Shown one piece after another: positions 33,584 to 45,263 of a stretch of 48,090 nucleotides of DNA. Source of the stretch: Chromera velia (Eukaryota); the NCBI GenBank assembly GCA_018398765.1, contig JAHBMJ010000415.1, positions 1 to 48,090 on the forward strand, given 5' to 3'. Each line of letters starts with the position of its first letter. Positions within the stretch are counted from its first letter, which is position 1. A model generated the notes under the pieces. It was not told the DNA's origin. It saw only the letters and a program-made list of their open reading frames with translations, and ran no database searches. Made by a program: the position numbers and the translations under genes.

Positions 33584-36500
33584 ATGCGGAATGGCTACCC
33601 GTTTTGCAGATACTACCCCACAAAGACCTCCCGCGCACCGGAGAAGCTCATCCGCTTCCACGGTCGGTTGGCAGGGGTCTTTGTTCGCTGTCTGTACGAT
33701 CCTGTGGCAGATTTGAACTTCCTTGCCCATTCCGTTGCCGAGTCAAACCGTTTCACTCTCTGGAATCTTGATGAGCCGACCGCATACAAGGGCGGGTTGA
33801 ACGGGGGACCATAGCTTCCGATTTCCCAGGAGGTCAAAGGCCTTCCCCTCTGCATCCAGGGCTTCAGCGCGCCTCTGGACCTCACAGTAGTTGATCTGGA
33901 CAATGATTACGATGTTGTGTTGGGGATGCCCTTCTGTGAAGAATACCTTCCTATCCCCCATTACCGTGAGAAGGCCTTCACGATCCCCGCGTGTGAGTCA
34001 CCGACTGGGAGAGACTTGCTCCTGCTTGATAGCGAGGAGTACCCGGCAGGAGGGGAGGGGGAGGACTTCTTTAGCTAGAGAGAGCTCCGTCGGCTGATGA
34101 AGAGACCCAGTTCCCGTGTACATCTGTTCCGCCTCGAAGCAGTATGGAAGGGGCGGGTGAGTGATACGTTGGGGGTGCATTCCCTGCAGTCTGCCGGTAA
34201 GCTTGGAGACCCACCGCCCCTTTCATCTTTCTCTCCTGACCACCCCATCAATTCTTCGACCTACATGGGATTCCGAAAGCACCTCCAGAGTAAAGAAGTC
34301 CCACCCAGCGTCCAACCGGTTCTCGAGAAATATTTTGATCGGTTCCCAGACAAGCTCCCGGGTCTCCCACCCCACCGAAAGATCAAGTGTGAGATCAAGC
34401 TCGAGGCAGGGCACTCTCCTCCTGCGAGAACACCCTACCGACTGTCATACGGTCAGCTTGACGAGCTGAAACGGCAGTTAGACTCATATCTTGAGAAAGA
34501 GCACATCCGTCCTTCGATAAGTCCATATGCTGCACCAGTCCTGTTTGTGCAGAAGGCAGACGGGACGCAACGGATGTGCATCGACTTCACAGGACTCAAC
34601 AAGATCACAGTCCGCGACAAATTCCCCATTCCTCACCCAGAAGAGCTGCTGAGTCGCCTCCATGGCGCGAAATTTTTCTCGTCTCTGGACTTACGGCAAT
34701 ACTTCCATCAGACAAGGATCAGGGAGGGAGACGAGAAGAAGACGGCATTCGTCATAAGCCGCACTCCGGAGGAGCATATCGAGCACATCAACCGAGTCCT
34801 TTCGCTTTTGAGGGAACACCAGCTCTACGTCAAGGTCTCTAATTTAAAATGCGTATAGCTTCGGACAGAGGCGAAATTTTTGGGGTTGGTGGTTGATGAA
34901 AAGGGGGTCAGACCAAGCTATGAGAAAATGCAAGGGCTCACTGAGTTCGCATAACCCATAGACCGCACTTCCCTGCGCCAGTTTCTGGGATTGGCTAATT
35001 GGTCCCGCCGGTTTGTCCCGAGGTTCTCGTTTCTTACAGAGCCTCTCACATTCCTCCTCCAAGGGAACGTCCCCTTCGAATGGAAGACTGCACAGTCGCG
35101 TGCGTTTGCTGAGCTAAAGAAGGCAGTACAGGAGCATGCCACGCTTGCCCTCCCCGATCCCAGCAAGCCAGTCATTCTGGTGCCCGACGCGTCGTAGTTG
35201 GCAGGAGCCATTGGGGCTGTCGCCCTCCAGAAGGACTATGCAACCGGGAGATACCGCCCCCTCGCTTTCGGCTCCTGCCGTCTGACATCCACGGAAGCCA
35301 AGTACCCTGTCCGAGAGTTAGAATTTCTAGTGATTGTGCATTTCGCAAAGGTGTGGAGACACTTCCTGTCTCCAGACTCCGAAATATGGACCGATCACCA
35401 GAGTCTCACAAATTTCAGCCACCGATCGTTCGAATTTTGCTCCCTGTGAGTCCGACGCTGGATTGAGTTCATGCAGAAGCTTGGCATCACTCCAAAGTAC
35501 ATCCCAGGGAGAGCAAACATTGTGGCAGACGCCCTTTCCCGAAACCCTCCTGCCGCACGGCAGCTCGTGCCGTCTTCCGCCGGGGTTTTTCGCATGGGTC
35601 GCGCTCAGCGTCTGCCTGTACGTCCCAGGCCTCTGCCAGAGGCTGTCCCGGTGTCTATCCAGCCCATTGGGTCTTCGGGGGCTGAGTACGCTGATCTGCC
35701 CGATTTGGGTCCTCAGATTGAGGAGAGCCAGACTCTAGTTAGGGAGGGAGATGGGCAGCAGTCTCGGGTAGGGATGGAGTTGCAGAGTTTGACGGTCTCC
35801 GCCACACAGTCACAGGCATTCCTTGATACCTGCAGGAGGGGATACTCAGCCGATCCCTTCTTCCACCCTGTCCTTCAACATCTGTCACAGCAGCACCTAC
35901 CCGCCCCCACCCTTGATTTTGCCCTTCGTTTGCGAGGCATGTCGCTTCGTGCCGGTCTCTTGTATTTTGAGGGGAATCGCCTCTGTGTCCTTAGATCTCA
36001 GCAGGGGACTGTGATGGCTGGGGTGCACTCCCCTCCGCACGCTGCTTACTTTGGGATGGGGAAGACCTATCGGAAGGTGACGTCATTGTACTACTGGCCC
36101 AAGATGTGGAGGTCAGTCGCTTCTTTTGTTCGCGCATGCGATCGGTGTCAGAGAAGCAAGGGTCCCACTACAGCCCACCCTGGGCTTCTGCAGCCCCTCC
36201 CTATCCCTTCACGCCCTTGGGAGTCGACTTGCATTGACCGCCTTACTGATTTGCTGCCTTCCGGTGATGAGGGGTTTGATGCGATTCTTGTGGTACTTTG
36301 CCGGCTCATCAAGGCAGTTGTCTTGATTCCCACTCACAGCACAGCAGGAGCAGAGGAGACCACGCAAATCTACCGCCAGCACGTTTCGTGCAAGAAGGGC
36401 TTCCAGCGTCATATCGTCTGTGACCGTGACCCCCGTTTTGTCGCCCGCTTTTGGTAGACCCTCCATGCCTCCAGCGGCTCGGAAGTCAATTTCGCAACTG

Positions 36501-37288
36501 CATCGCACCACGACACAGCAGGTGCTGCAGAGAGAATGAATCGCACCCTCGAGGAGGCTTTACGGTATCTGGTAGACACGAAGCACTCCCGGTGGTCTAA
36601 ATTTCTGTGTAATGTGGAGTTTGCATACAACTCCTCTGTCCATGAGGGGACTGGTTTTGCACCCCTCACTCTCGATGGTGGGAAGTCCCTGCTCATCCCT
36701 CCCGCTCTCAATCTCCCAGTCTCAGTCGAACCTTCTTTCGACGCAAGGGAATTTCTGGAGGAGCACAGCCAGATGATCGCTGCAGCAAGAGATTCACTCC
36801 GCTCAGCCCAACAAGTCATGACCCGAAACGCCAATCGCCGTCGGCGTCCTGCTAAGAACATCCGAGTAAGAGATTACGTCCTGGTGCACCGTACGTGGTG
36901 GCCACGTCCTGTGGGGAAGGGGGAGGAATATGCTACGAAGCTTGATTCAGTTTGGTTCGGTCCGTTCGAAGTCGAGACCGTTCTGCCTCGAGACAATCTG
37001 GAGGTTGTTTTGCCTGCTGGGAGCAGGAAGCACCCTATCATTCACACATCGTTGTGCAAGCCTTACTGTTAGCCGAGTGGGGAGACTCGCCCCCCGTCTG
37101 TCCGCATGCCCGCTTGGGCTGAGGAGGAGTATGAAGTCGAGAAAATCCTTGCCATCCGAGGGAGGGGCAAGGCCAAGCAATACAAGGTTCTCTGGAGGGG
37201 ATACCCATTGGAAGACGCATCATGGGAGCCCCTGTCGTCATTGAAGAATGCAAAACAAGCGATCGCCAATTTCTATACTTCGGCCTGA
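33584..37288 (+). pseudogene. pol: pol: protease, reverse transcriptase (YxDD region deleted), RNase H, integrase, chromodomain; multiple stops and frameshifts
   Basis: Protease-like LYDPVADLNF; RT SPYAAPVLFVQKADGTQRMCIDFTGLN..DKFPIP..FSSLDL; RNase H LVPDAS..GAVALQ..YPVRELE..WTDHQSL..YIPGRANIVADALSR; integrase YYWPKM..CDRCQ, DRDPRF, AERMNRTL; chromodomain YEVEKIL..YKVLWRGYPLEDASWEP. Confidence 0.93.
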
Positions 37289-37306
37289 GTGAGGTGCACA
37301 GGCCAT

Positions 37307-37321
37307 GGGGGGGGGAGAGGG
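37307..37321 (+). other. Polypurine tract
   Basis: GGGGGGGGGAGAGGG just upstream of the 3' LTR. Confidence 0.85.
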
Positions 37322-37323
37322 CA

Positions 37324-37643
37324 CGTTACGTTGTAGCTTGTACGGCGACTTGATCACCCACCAAACTTGCTAGAACTGGGACTGGGAAACTAACTTCACA
37401 ATACTAAGCCCGGCTGGCATTAATTAAGTGTACTAAGAGAATTAAGTGACAGACTAACAATACAGAGAAAGAAATAATAGACTTGCAATACAGAAATAAA
37501 TAGAAGCATGCCGTATAGTCTTCGTCCGTCTGTATCGCTTGAATGGAGTCCTTGGAAGTGAACTCTGAGTGATAGACTTAAGGAGGTAAGGTACAATAAG
37601 TCTCCAACTAGACTACGTTCTTAGTCTAGGAGGAAATCTGACG
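37324..37643 (+). repeat. 3' LTR (320 bp)
   Basis: Direct repeat of 32019-32338, followed by TSD GCAGT. Confidence 0.95.
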
Positions 37644-39759
37644 GCAGTGATGAGTGGCTCGCAACGCTTTTCTTCTGCCCTGCGGATACACACACACACA
37701 CACACACATACACATACACACATACACACACACGCACGCACACACACACATACATACACACAGGGGGGGGAGAAAAGGGAAGGAGCGAGAGATTGAAAGG
37801 CAGCAAGCATCATCAAGGCCGGGAAAACATTCATTCTTTTGTATGTTTGTACGCATTGACAGACGCAGTCCGAAGATGGCTTTGTTGGAATGTAAAATTT
37901 CTGTTCCATCCGTAAAAAATCAGCAAAGGGCTTGTTCTAGTGTGCCTTGACTCAATCTGCATGTGCATGCGCCTGGCTCAAGCCTGAACACAGGCTCAGC
38001 CTCATACGCAAAACGTCCTCCAGACTTGTGCTAGCAACAGAAAGGACGGCACAACCCCCTGAAAAAAGATTTGCGCTGCCTTCAGGAAACATAAACAATC
38101 GCTGGAGTCGTCAAGATGACGACTTCATGAGAGGGCAATCGAGATGCGTTTAGTGTATGGGAGAGTTGTTTTCATCAGCCTTTAATTTCATGCGATTTAT
38201 ATTTAAGTGATGAGGATCTCTCTCATTTTTGTCTGCATTGACAACAGCTAGGGTGCGTTGGCTTTTCAAATCCGAACTATAAGAACCCACCTCTATCCTC
38301 CTCTCTGTCTCAACCGCGCACTCGACGTCTCCTCGACCAGTGATCCTGCATATTTTTGAAATGCTGAACATGTTTCGCTCCAGAGGATTGTTCCATCCCT
38401 CCGTTTTCTGGTGCACATCTGCAGCTTCTGGAGGGTTGTTTTCTTGATCTGGTCACACAGGTCTCCCCAGGCTTCTCCTACTGCAACCTTGAAGTCTCTC
38501 TTGGAGAGGAAAGACTTTGCCCCCCTTTGAATCCTTGCAGGCAGATCTGCCACAAACTGTTCGGCCTCTGCTTTCCTCATACCGTCGAGGGGCTGCAAGA
38601 ATATGAACAAGTTTGCATGCCAATAAACATGTAAATACACGTCCTTGCTGGCTAAACATTGAGTATAACTATGAGAAGGTTGATCGCGCCGTGCAAAAAA
38701 AGTTACTTGCCAAAAATGGCATTGCGGGGGACCAAAACAATCAAGCGATAAGAAAAAGTCCAATGCACTTCACAATTACATTGAAGCATCATGCGGGTAG
38801 AGGGAAGATCGAGACAAAAACCCACATTTTTTTGTGTGTTGTCCACAGTTACTAAGTCTCGCCCAAGCAACTCAAGGTCCACTGTGGCATTGTGCCCAAC
38901 CAACTTACCCCCCTGAACGCACTGCATCGGAACAAGGTTCGAGGGAGCACAAACTGAGACGGCGGAACAAAACGATGCCAAAGCACACTAGAAGAAAGGA
39001 GAGGGAAAGAGCGTCGAACGCAGGATCCGTGTCTTCCTTCCAGAATTAAAAAGAATATCAGACATTCACGGAAAAGGGCTGCATGGAGTCTATAAAGGAT
39101 ACAGATGGTTACTGAGAAGAACAACAACAAGAGAGGAAAGCTAAAAACAAACAGTTTTTTTCTCAGTCCTCATGCATGGAAAAGCTTTTCTGGGCACTGT
39201 GACAACAAATCTATGCATGTTACTAACTCTACTACCAGGAAAGAAAACACACTCAAGGAGGCAGATCACAGAAGAGAAGAGAAGAAAAGAGCTCCAATGA
39301 GAGAGAAAGAAAGGCGGGGAATCAAGAAATTCAGGAGTAATCTGGTGGCCTAACCGGCAGAATATACGGCCTAATCACGTTGAGGAGCTCATCGTCTGAA
39401 CAGCCGATTTCGAAACACTCCAGAGAGATTGAGAAAAAGAAATCCCCCAGGGGGACTCGCTGCGTCTGCTTGTTTGTTTATCCCTTTTCTACCATCTATT
39501 TTCCCTGCATGCAGATGCAATCGATAGGGGGCGTACATGAAAATTGTTAGAAAGGAACGTTTGAGGGCACATTGAATGAAACAGTCAAACGTTGGACCAA
39601 GACTGCACCGCAGCTTGAGCAAGAACTACCCAAAGGCCCTCTTCTTGTCGTCTGTATGACCTATTCATCCATAAACAGCGATAAGGAGAGAGATGTGCAG
39701 AGGGACACACAACGGAAATTTAAAGTAGCAGAATGAAGAAACACCTACTACTGTTCGCT

Positions 39760-39791
39760 CACTCATTCTCTCTCTCTCTCTCCCTCTCTCC

Positions 39792-39844
<53 letters not shown>

Positions 39845-40060
39845 GTATGTGTGATAGGCACATGCACACAGACTCAGAAATGTACGTGCGCTCTCTCTTT
39901 CGCTCGCACACGGTATACACACACGCATACACAAACACATATACACATTTTCATACATCCATACATATACATACATACACATACATACATACAAACACAC
40001 ACACACATATATATACATACAGATATACATACATACAAACATACACATACACATATACGT

Positions 40061-40095
<35 letters not shown>

Positions 40096-40155
40096 CATAT
40101 ATGAACACACACATACAGATACACATATGTATATACATACATATACACATGCACA

Positions 40156-40195
<40 letters not shown>

Positions 40196-40240
40196 NNNNN
40201 NNNNNNNNNNNNNNNNNNNNNNNNNNNNNNNNNNNNNNNN
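39760..40240. repeat. (CT)n/(GT)n/(CA)n/(TA)n compound microsatellite ending in an assembly gap (N 40196-40240)
   Basis: Directly visible. Confidence 0.95.
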
Positions 40241-40655
40241 GGGGGGACACAGGCCAGACAGCTTGAAGGCGACCGACAGACAAACACAGTATTCGTAGAA
40301 ACAAAATTGGACTAGGGCTTCAAGACAGGAGGCACAAACTGGAGCAACATTATATTATAATGATTTTGGAGGGTTTCAAAGAAAAGCGGACATCACACAA
40401 CAGCACCTTCACTCCCCATGCACCCTTCCAAGTATGGATCGGATGATTTTGATGACTGACCACTTGAGTCCCGCTCAATCCAAGGGCATCTGCGGCCTTT
40501 CAAATCGTCCAACCTTTCTCTGCTGCGTTCTCTTTTGGCATCCCAAACTTTTCTCGATAGTACATAGAGGTCGGGGGACTCGGAGCTTTTGTGTGCAGAT
40601 TGCACTTCTCGTCCTCGCCCTGGCTCTCGTAGCCAAGGGCTTTCAGCATCACTTT

Positions 40656-41501
40656 TTAGGATGCTCTCAAGGCTGGCCTCCTTGAGAGACATGCTCTGCA
40701 CGCAATCCATGCAGGATGAGAGTGCAGTGGGGGCTTTGAATGAGTGCTCAGTGACAGAGAACGAATGCAGTTCATCCCATTTTCAGAGAATCATTAGCGA
40801 ACTTGTTTGCACCAATTGAAGCTAGAGTCCACTAGCAAATGAGAAGCACAATGTACATATGCACACGCCTGCCCGGGACATTTCAAGACAAGGAAAAAAG
40901 TCTCAATGTCTAAAGATCGAGATTTCAGTATACACAACTTTTCTGGATCTGAAAAGAAAAACTATTACATCGCTGGTTTTGACTGTGACATGCAAGAGCT
41001 CTTTCTTTCGATAATGAAAGGTTGTGCTACAGCTAGAAATGGAAGCAAGACGAATGGAATGCCGTCAGAAAGAATGTACAGAAAGTCGAAAAAGACGCCT
41101 CGATGAATGCAGGAAGAAACAAAGCGAGCGGAAGAAGGGATGGAGAGAACAGGTTCAAAAGACACGAGTTGGGAAAGAATTACAGAGAGCACATTCTGTG
41201 CAGTGCAACCAAATGGTGCGTGAAGGTGGCATTCGATTAAAACCTACTGGTGGCATGCTTTGAACGTTGGAGAGAAATTTTCTGGCACTTCAGGCACGGG
41301 CTCTCCGATGACATCTAGGTTTTTGATCGGGTGTTCGCCCTGGCTTCCCATCTGTACGTAGCAAAAAATCGAAGCCAATTCCCTACTGGAAGTTCTTGTC
41401 TCTTTAGAAAACACATAATGCTGAAGGAGAACAGAGTTCACGAGAGCGTGCATAAATGTAGGTCGGTTAAAGACCGAAAGAAACAAACAAACAAACAAAA
41501 A

Positions 41502-41532
<31 letters not shown>

Positions 41533-44140
41533 GAAAGAAGAAAACAAGAAAGAACGAAGGAAAGAAAGAAAGAAAGAAAGAAAGAAAGAAGAAAGAAAAT
41601 AAGAAAGAAAAGAAGAAAGAAAACAAACAAGAAAGAAAGAAAGAAAACAAGAAAGAAAAGAAGAAAGAAAACAAGAAAGAAAGAAAGAAAGAAAAAAAGA
41701 AGGGAAGGAAGGAAGGAAGGAAGAAAGGAAGAAGAAAAGACATCGACGAAATTGCATGAGTGGAGAACTGGACCATTGCAGATTTCACCTCCTCTTTCTC
41801 CTATCCATTCACACCCAAATCGAGTGCAAAGCAAAATCAGGTATTGGTCTCACAGCTGTAGATCAAAGAATTAAATAGCGTGCTGGGGAAAGAGTTGATA
41901 ACGAAAATGGAGTCGGAGAGAAGAGCAAGGCAAGGGAGCCAGATAGCAAGTCATCAACTCAGAAAGCGATTAGTACCTGGTATAAAAGAATCCCTGTCGA
42001 GTAGATGTCGGACTTTCTGCTCTGCCCGCCCCCCCCCAACACCTCTGCAGCAAGGTTCAGAGGTGTTTTCCGCATGGTGGTCGTGTGTAAGTTGTCCTCC
42101 ACTACAGTGAGGCCGTTGTCCCCAACTTTCGCAGTCGTCCTCTTCACGTCCGTAAAAAAAACGTTTGACGCATTAATGTCTCTGTGGATGAAACCACTCT
42201 CATGGAGTGCTTGTATTCCTTTCAAAACGTCAGAGTAGTACCTGCACTCATATGTGCCACAAAGTAGGAAGGAGGAGGGTGATCAAGTCATTCAATGCAA
42301 TCCTTTCTACAGTATTACGCTATGCTTGGAAAACCTGGTAGGGTAGGCATGAAAGCCGGAAGGGTTTTGGAGAGCTGGGCTGAGTACATTAGAGACCGTT
42401 TAAAGCATTTTCATGAACTTGAAACGCAAGAAGGGGGCGCATTCATCAGAGCTCTCCAAAAGTGGTATGTCACTCCTTCAAGTTGGAGTGCAAAAAGGGA
42501 GGACTGCGACCAAGACGCAATGAAGACCGCTTCGGAAAAAAAAGGTTATCAAACGCACCCATGCGGAAATGGGTCACACGACCGTCCGACCTAAATATGC
42601 ATGAAGATCCTTTGCATAGACAGGAATTCCAAGTTCAAAAAACATGCATTGCACGGGCACTCACTTTCGAATTTCTTCTTCTGTCAACTTCGGTTTCTTG
42701 TCAAGCAGTTCCTTGAGGCTTCCCCCCGCACAGAGTTGTTCCGTGCTCCTCCGGACTCAGTAGGTCAGACAAAGCCGAAACGGAAGAATAGAACTAGAAT
42801 TGGAGTTAAATATATTTTTTAATTATTCACTCAGTGTTATTGAAGTCAGTGAAGGTCGGTTCAGATCGCTTCAAGTCAATTCTTCCAGAAGGTAAGTCAA
42901 CTCAATTTGGGATTCAATTCTGTTACTCCGAGGTCAAGTTTTTAATCGATTCTTTCTTTTCTTTCTTTTCAAAGTTGCATTTTATGCTTGTTTCCTGCAA
43001 AGGTTGCCAATTGTGAAAGTGCATCAATTGTGTAAGTGTATCATGTTTGACAAACTTTCATTTTTGAAAGTGTATCAAGTTTGACATACTTTGCCTTAAC
43101 CGATACAGAACCGATTAATTGGCTTTGTATCAGTATATCATCAGACTCATTGCTTGACCTTCTATCAATCTATTTTCCGTCTTTCTTATTAACTCTATTG
43201 CTTTTTTTTTTTACTCAAGCTTTTTAACCTTATTTCTTTTATCAGCTTCCTGATATCGTCTGACTTTATTTCTTTTATACCGAGTGTTTAATTCATTTCC
43301 ATCCATTCTCTACCAATCTTCCATCAAGGTATACACCCTTTACTGTATATCAGCCCTATAAGACCTTGACTCTTACATTCCGATTGATCTTTCTCCATGA
43401 CTTCTTAATCTATCATTCCTGTTGCTCAATTTAATAACTAAATATTTACTAACAAAATAAGACTAGTCTATGTCGTTCTTACTAGCCTTCGATCTAAAAA
43501 ACCTAACTTCATTCTATTGCCTATAACTTCAACAGAACAGAGTTCCATCTCTAAAAACTTCTGTTCCCCTCTTTTGAAAGAGTCGTAGAGCTTCACCACG
43601 TTCTCTCCTGATGCTGCTCTCATTGACAGCTCTTCTCTTTCCCCTTTCGACCCCTCAAGTAGAAGCTTCACTACTTTGAGTGCTCTGATTTCTTGTTTCT
43701 TGTTCTTAACAGCGTATACAACTCCAAAGTAACTGTTCCCCTCTCCAACCACCCCCAAGTTTTCATACCTGCATTCACATGAAAACATGAGCAGAAAGAA
43801 ACCTGGGGCTTTGAAGGCTTAAGAGAATCTTTACTCCACTCATGCATGGCTGAATAATAGATAAAACTATCTGTCAGGCAATTTGCTCACTGATTTATAG
43901 GCAGGCTTGCTGAATCCCCACTTTGTCGAAGCTGTACAGATGTATACAGCAACAACTGTTGTTCAAAAACAAAAGAGGCATGCATGCGAAGATAATTCAC
44001 AAGCAGGCGAAAGAAAAACATCCACCAAGACATCTGACCCACCCGTCTATTTGCTGGTATGACTTCTTGAGCTCCTCCTTTACTCTTCTGAGTAGGTGCA
44101 TTTTCCGAAGTTGTGTGTTGCTTGAATTTGAGAAACAATA
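40656..44140 (-). pseudogene. Ser/Thr protein kinase gene disrupted by a solo-LTR insertion
   Basis: Exons join in frame: 43768-43540 (VVGEGNSYFGVVY, ALKVV, NVVKLYDSF, up to LEMEL), across the insert to 42665 (CAGGSLKELL..EEEIRK), 42241-41977 (YYSDVLKGIQALHESGFIHRDINASN..KVGDNGL..TPLNLAAE..SDIYSTGILLYQ), 41351-41248 (MGSQGEHP..), 40695- (ACLSRRPALRAS*). Start codon not located. Confidence 0.8.
42737..43539. mobile_element. Solo LTR-like insertion (803 bp, TG...CA) inside a kinase exon
   Basis: Ends TGTTCCGT...ACAGAACA (8-bp inverted repeat, one mismatch), flanked by GAGT duplication (42733-42736 / 43540-43543). Removing it restores ATG GAA CTC TGT GCG (MELCA). Confidence 0.75.
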
Positions 44141-44179
44141 TATAGACAAAGTCCTCTTTTGCTGTTGCGGTTTTCTATA

Positions 44180-44290
44180 GCTGTATGAGAAGACTCCCTC
44201 GCTGTATATGTCTATGGCTGTATATGATCGCTACGGCGATCCGACTGTCTGTATGTGAAGACTCCCGCTATGGCGATCCGACTGTCTTGT
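44180..44290. repeat. Short patchwork of direct repeats upstream of the kinase gene
   Basis: cgcta(c/t)ggcgatccgactgtct x2, ctgtatg(a/t)gaagactccc x2, gctgtatatg x2. Confidence 0.7.
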
Positions 44291-45263
44291 CAATGCACTT
44301 GTCATGTGTTGTTTTTGCTTTTGATCGTGAGCGAATCCTTTAACTGACGGTCGGAGTGAATGGGAAGCTCTCTATAGAGTAGGAAGCTCTCTAAACCCCA
44401 GACTTTAGAGGATAACGACTCCACCTCTCGAAGCGCGTTGTCAAGTGAAGTATATATCGTTTCTGCAAAACAGCAAAACACATATGTTGCTCGTATACAC
44501 TTACAATAACCCCGGAAAGCGAAGCGAATACATGAATGCCCTAGCTTAATTTAACAATTAAGTTCGCGCGCCTTGCGCACAAAAATAATTAAGTCTGGCA
44601 GAGCGGAACGGCTTAGTGACAGTGAGAAATTTCGGCTCATTTATACTCAAGTGTACTCAAGTGCACGGCTTGCGCCTAAAAGGGCAACATTTTTTTCAAA
44701 AAATTCATATTGAAGGTAAGGCGGGAGACGGAAAATTCCGAATAAATTAGGAAAAAATAGAAAATCATTTTCTGATATTAAAGTTAAAGCACTCACCTTT
44801 GAGACTGTTTGTAAAGCGTTTCAAAGCTGCGTTTCAAGGCACTCACCTTTTTAACTTTACCAGTCATTTGTCGGAAGACCAGTTTATACTGATTGACTGC
44901 TAGACTGACTGACAGATACCAAACTTTTATATCTGCATGCACGATACCGGGGCCCTGACGCAAGGGCTTGAGGTAAAGAGCGACAGAAATAACCAGAGCC
45001 GGTGACAAGAGCGCATGTTCCAAACAGTCTATATCAATATATTGATAAGTGCCTCAAAATGCCGTATAATGTAGGTCCTATAGACTTTGTTGGAATTTTA
45101 GCTAGAATTTTGGCCTGTTCCATCATATATGTTCTAGCATATGTTTACACTTTTGAACTAGAGACTAGACTAGAGATGAACACAGACACGAACCACCCCC
45201 TATATATAGCTACTACTAGAGCTACTACCATTATTATTCTATTATATATTCGACTTATGCAAT

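Larger units (their letters stand above)
32019..37643 (+). mobile_element. Degenerate Ty3/gypsy LTR retrotransposon with chromodomain (chromovirus type), both LTRs present
   Basis: Two 320-bp LTRs, TSD GCAGT (32014-32018 / 37644-37648), PBS, PPT, and gene order gag-PR-RT-RH-IN-chromodomain. Confidence 0.97.

Noticed and set aside
32415..37288. Programmed readthrough or alternative genetic code explaining in-frame stops
   Set aside because: All three stop types occur together with frameshifts, a deleted YxDD region and mutated Zn ligands; decay is the simpler explanation
39665..40315. Cys/Val and His/Thr-rich ORFs
   Set aside because: Dinucleotide microsatellite plus assembly gap
41331..41834. 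Lys/Glu-rich and Phe/Leu/Ser-rich ORFs (also 26630-27553 and 45511-46175)
   Set aside because: (GAAA)n/(TTTC)n-type low-complexity intron tracts
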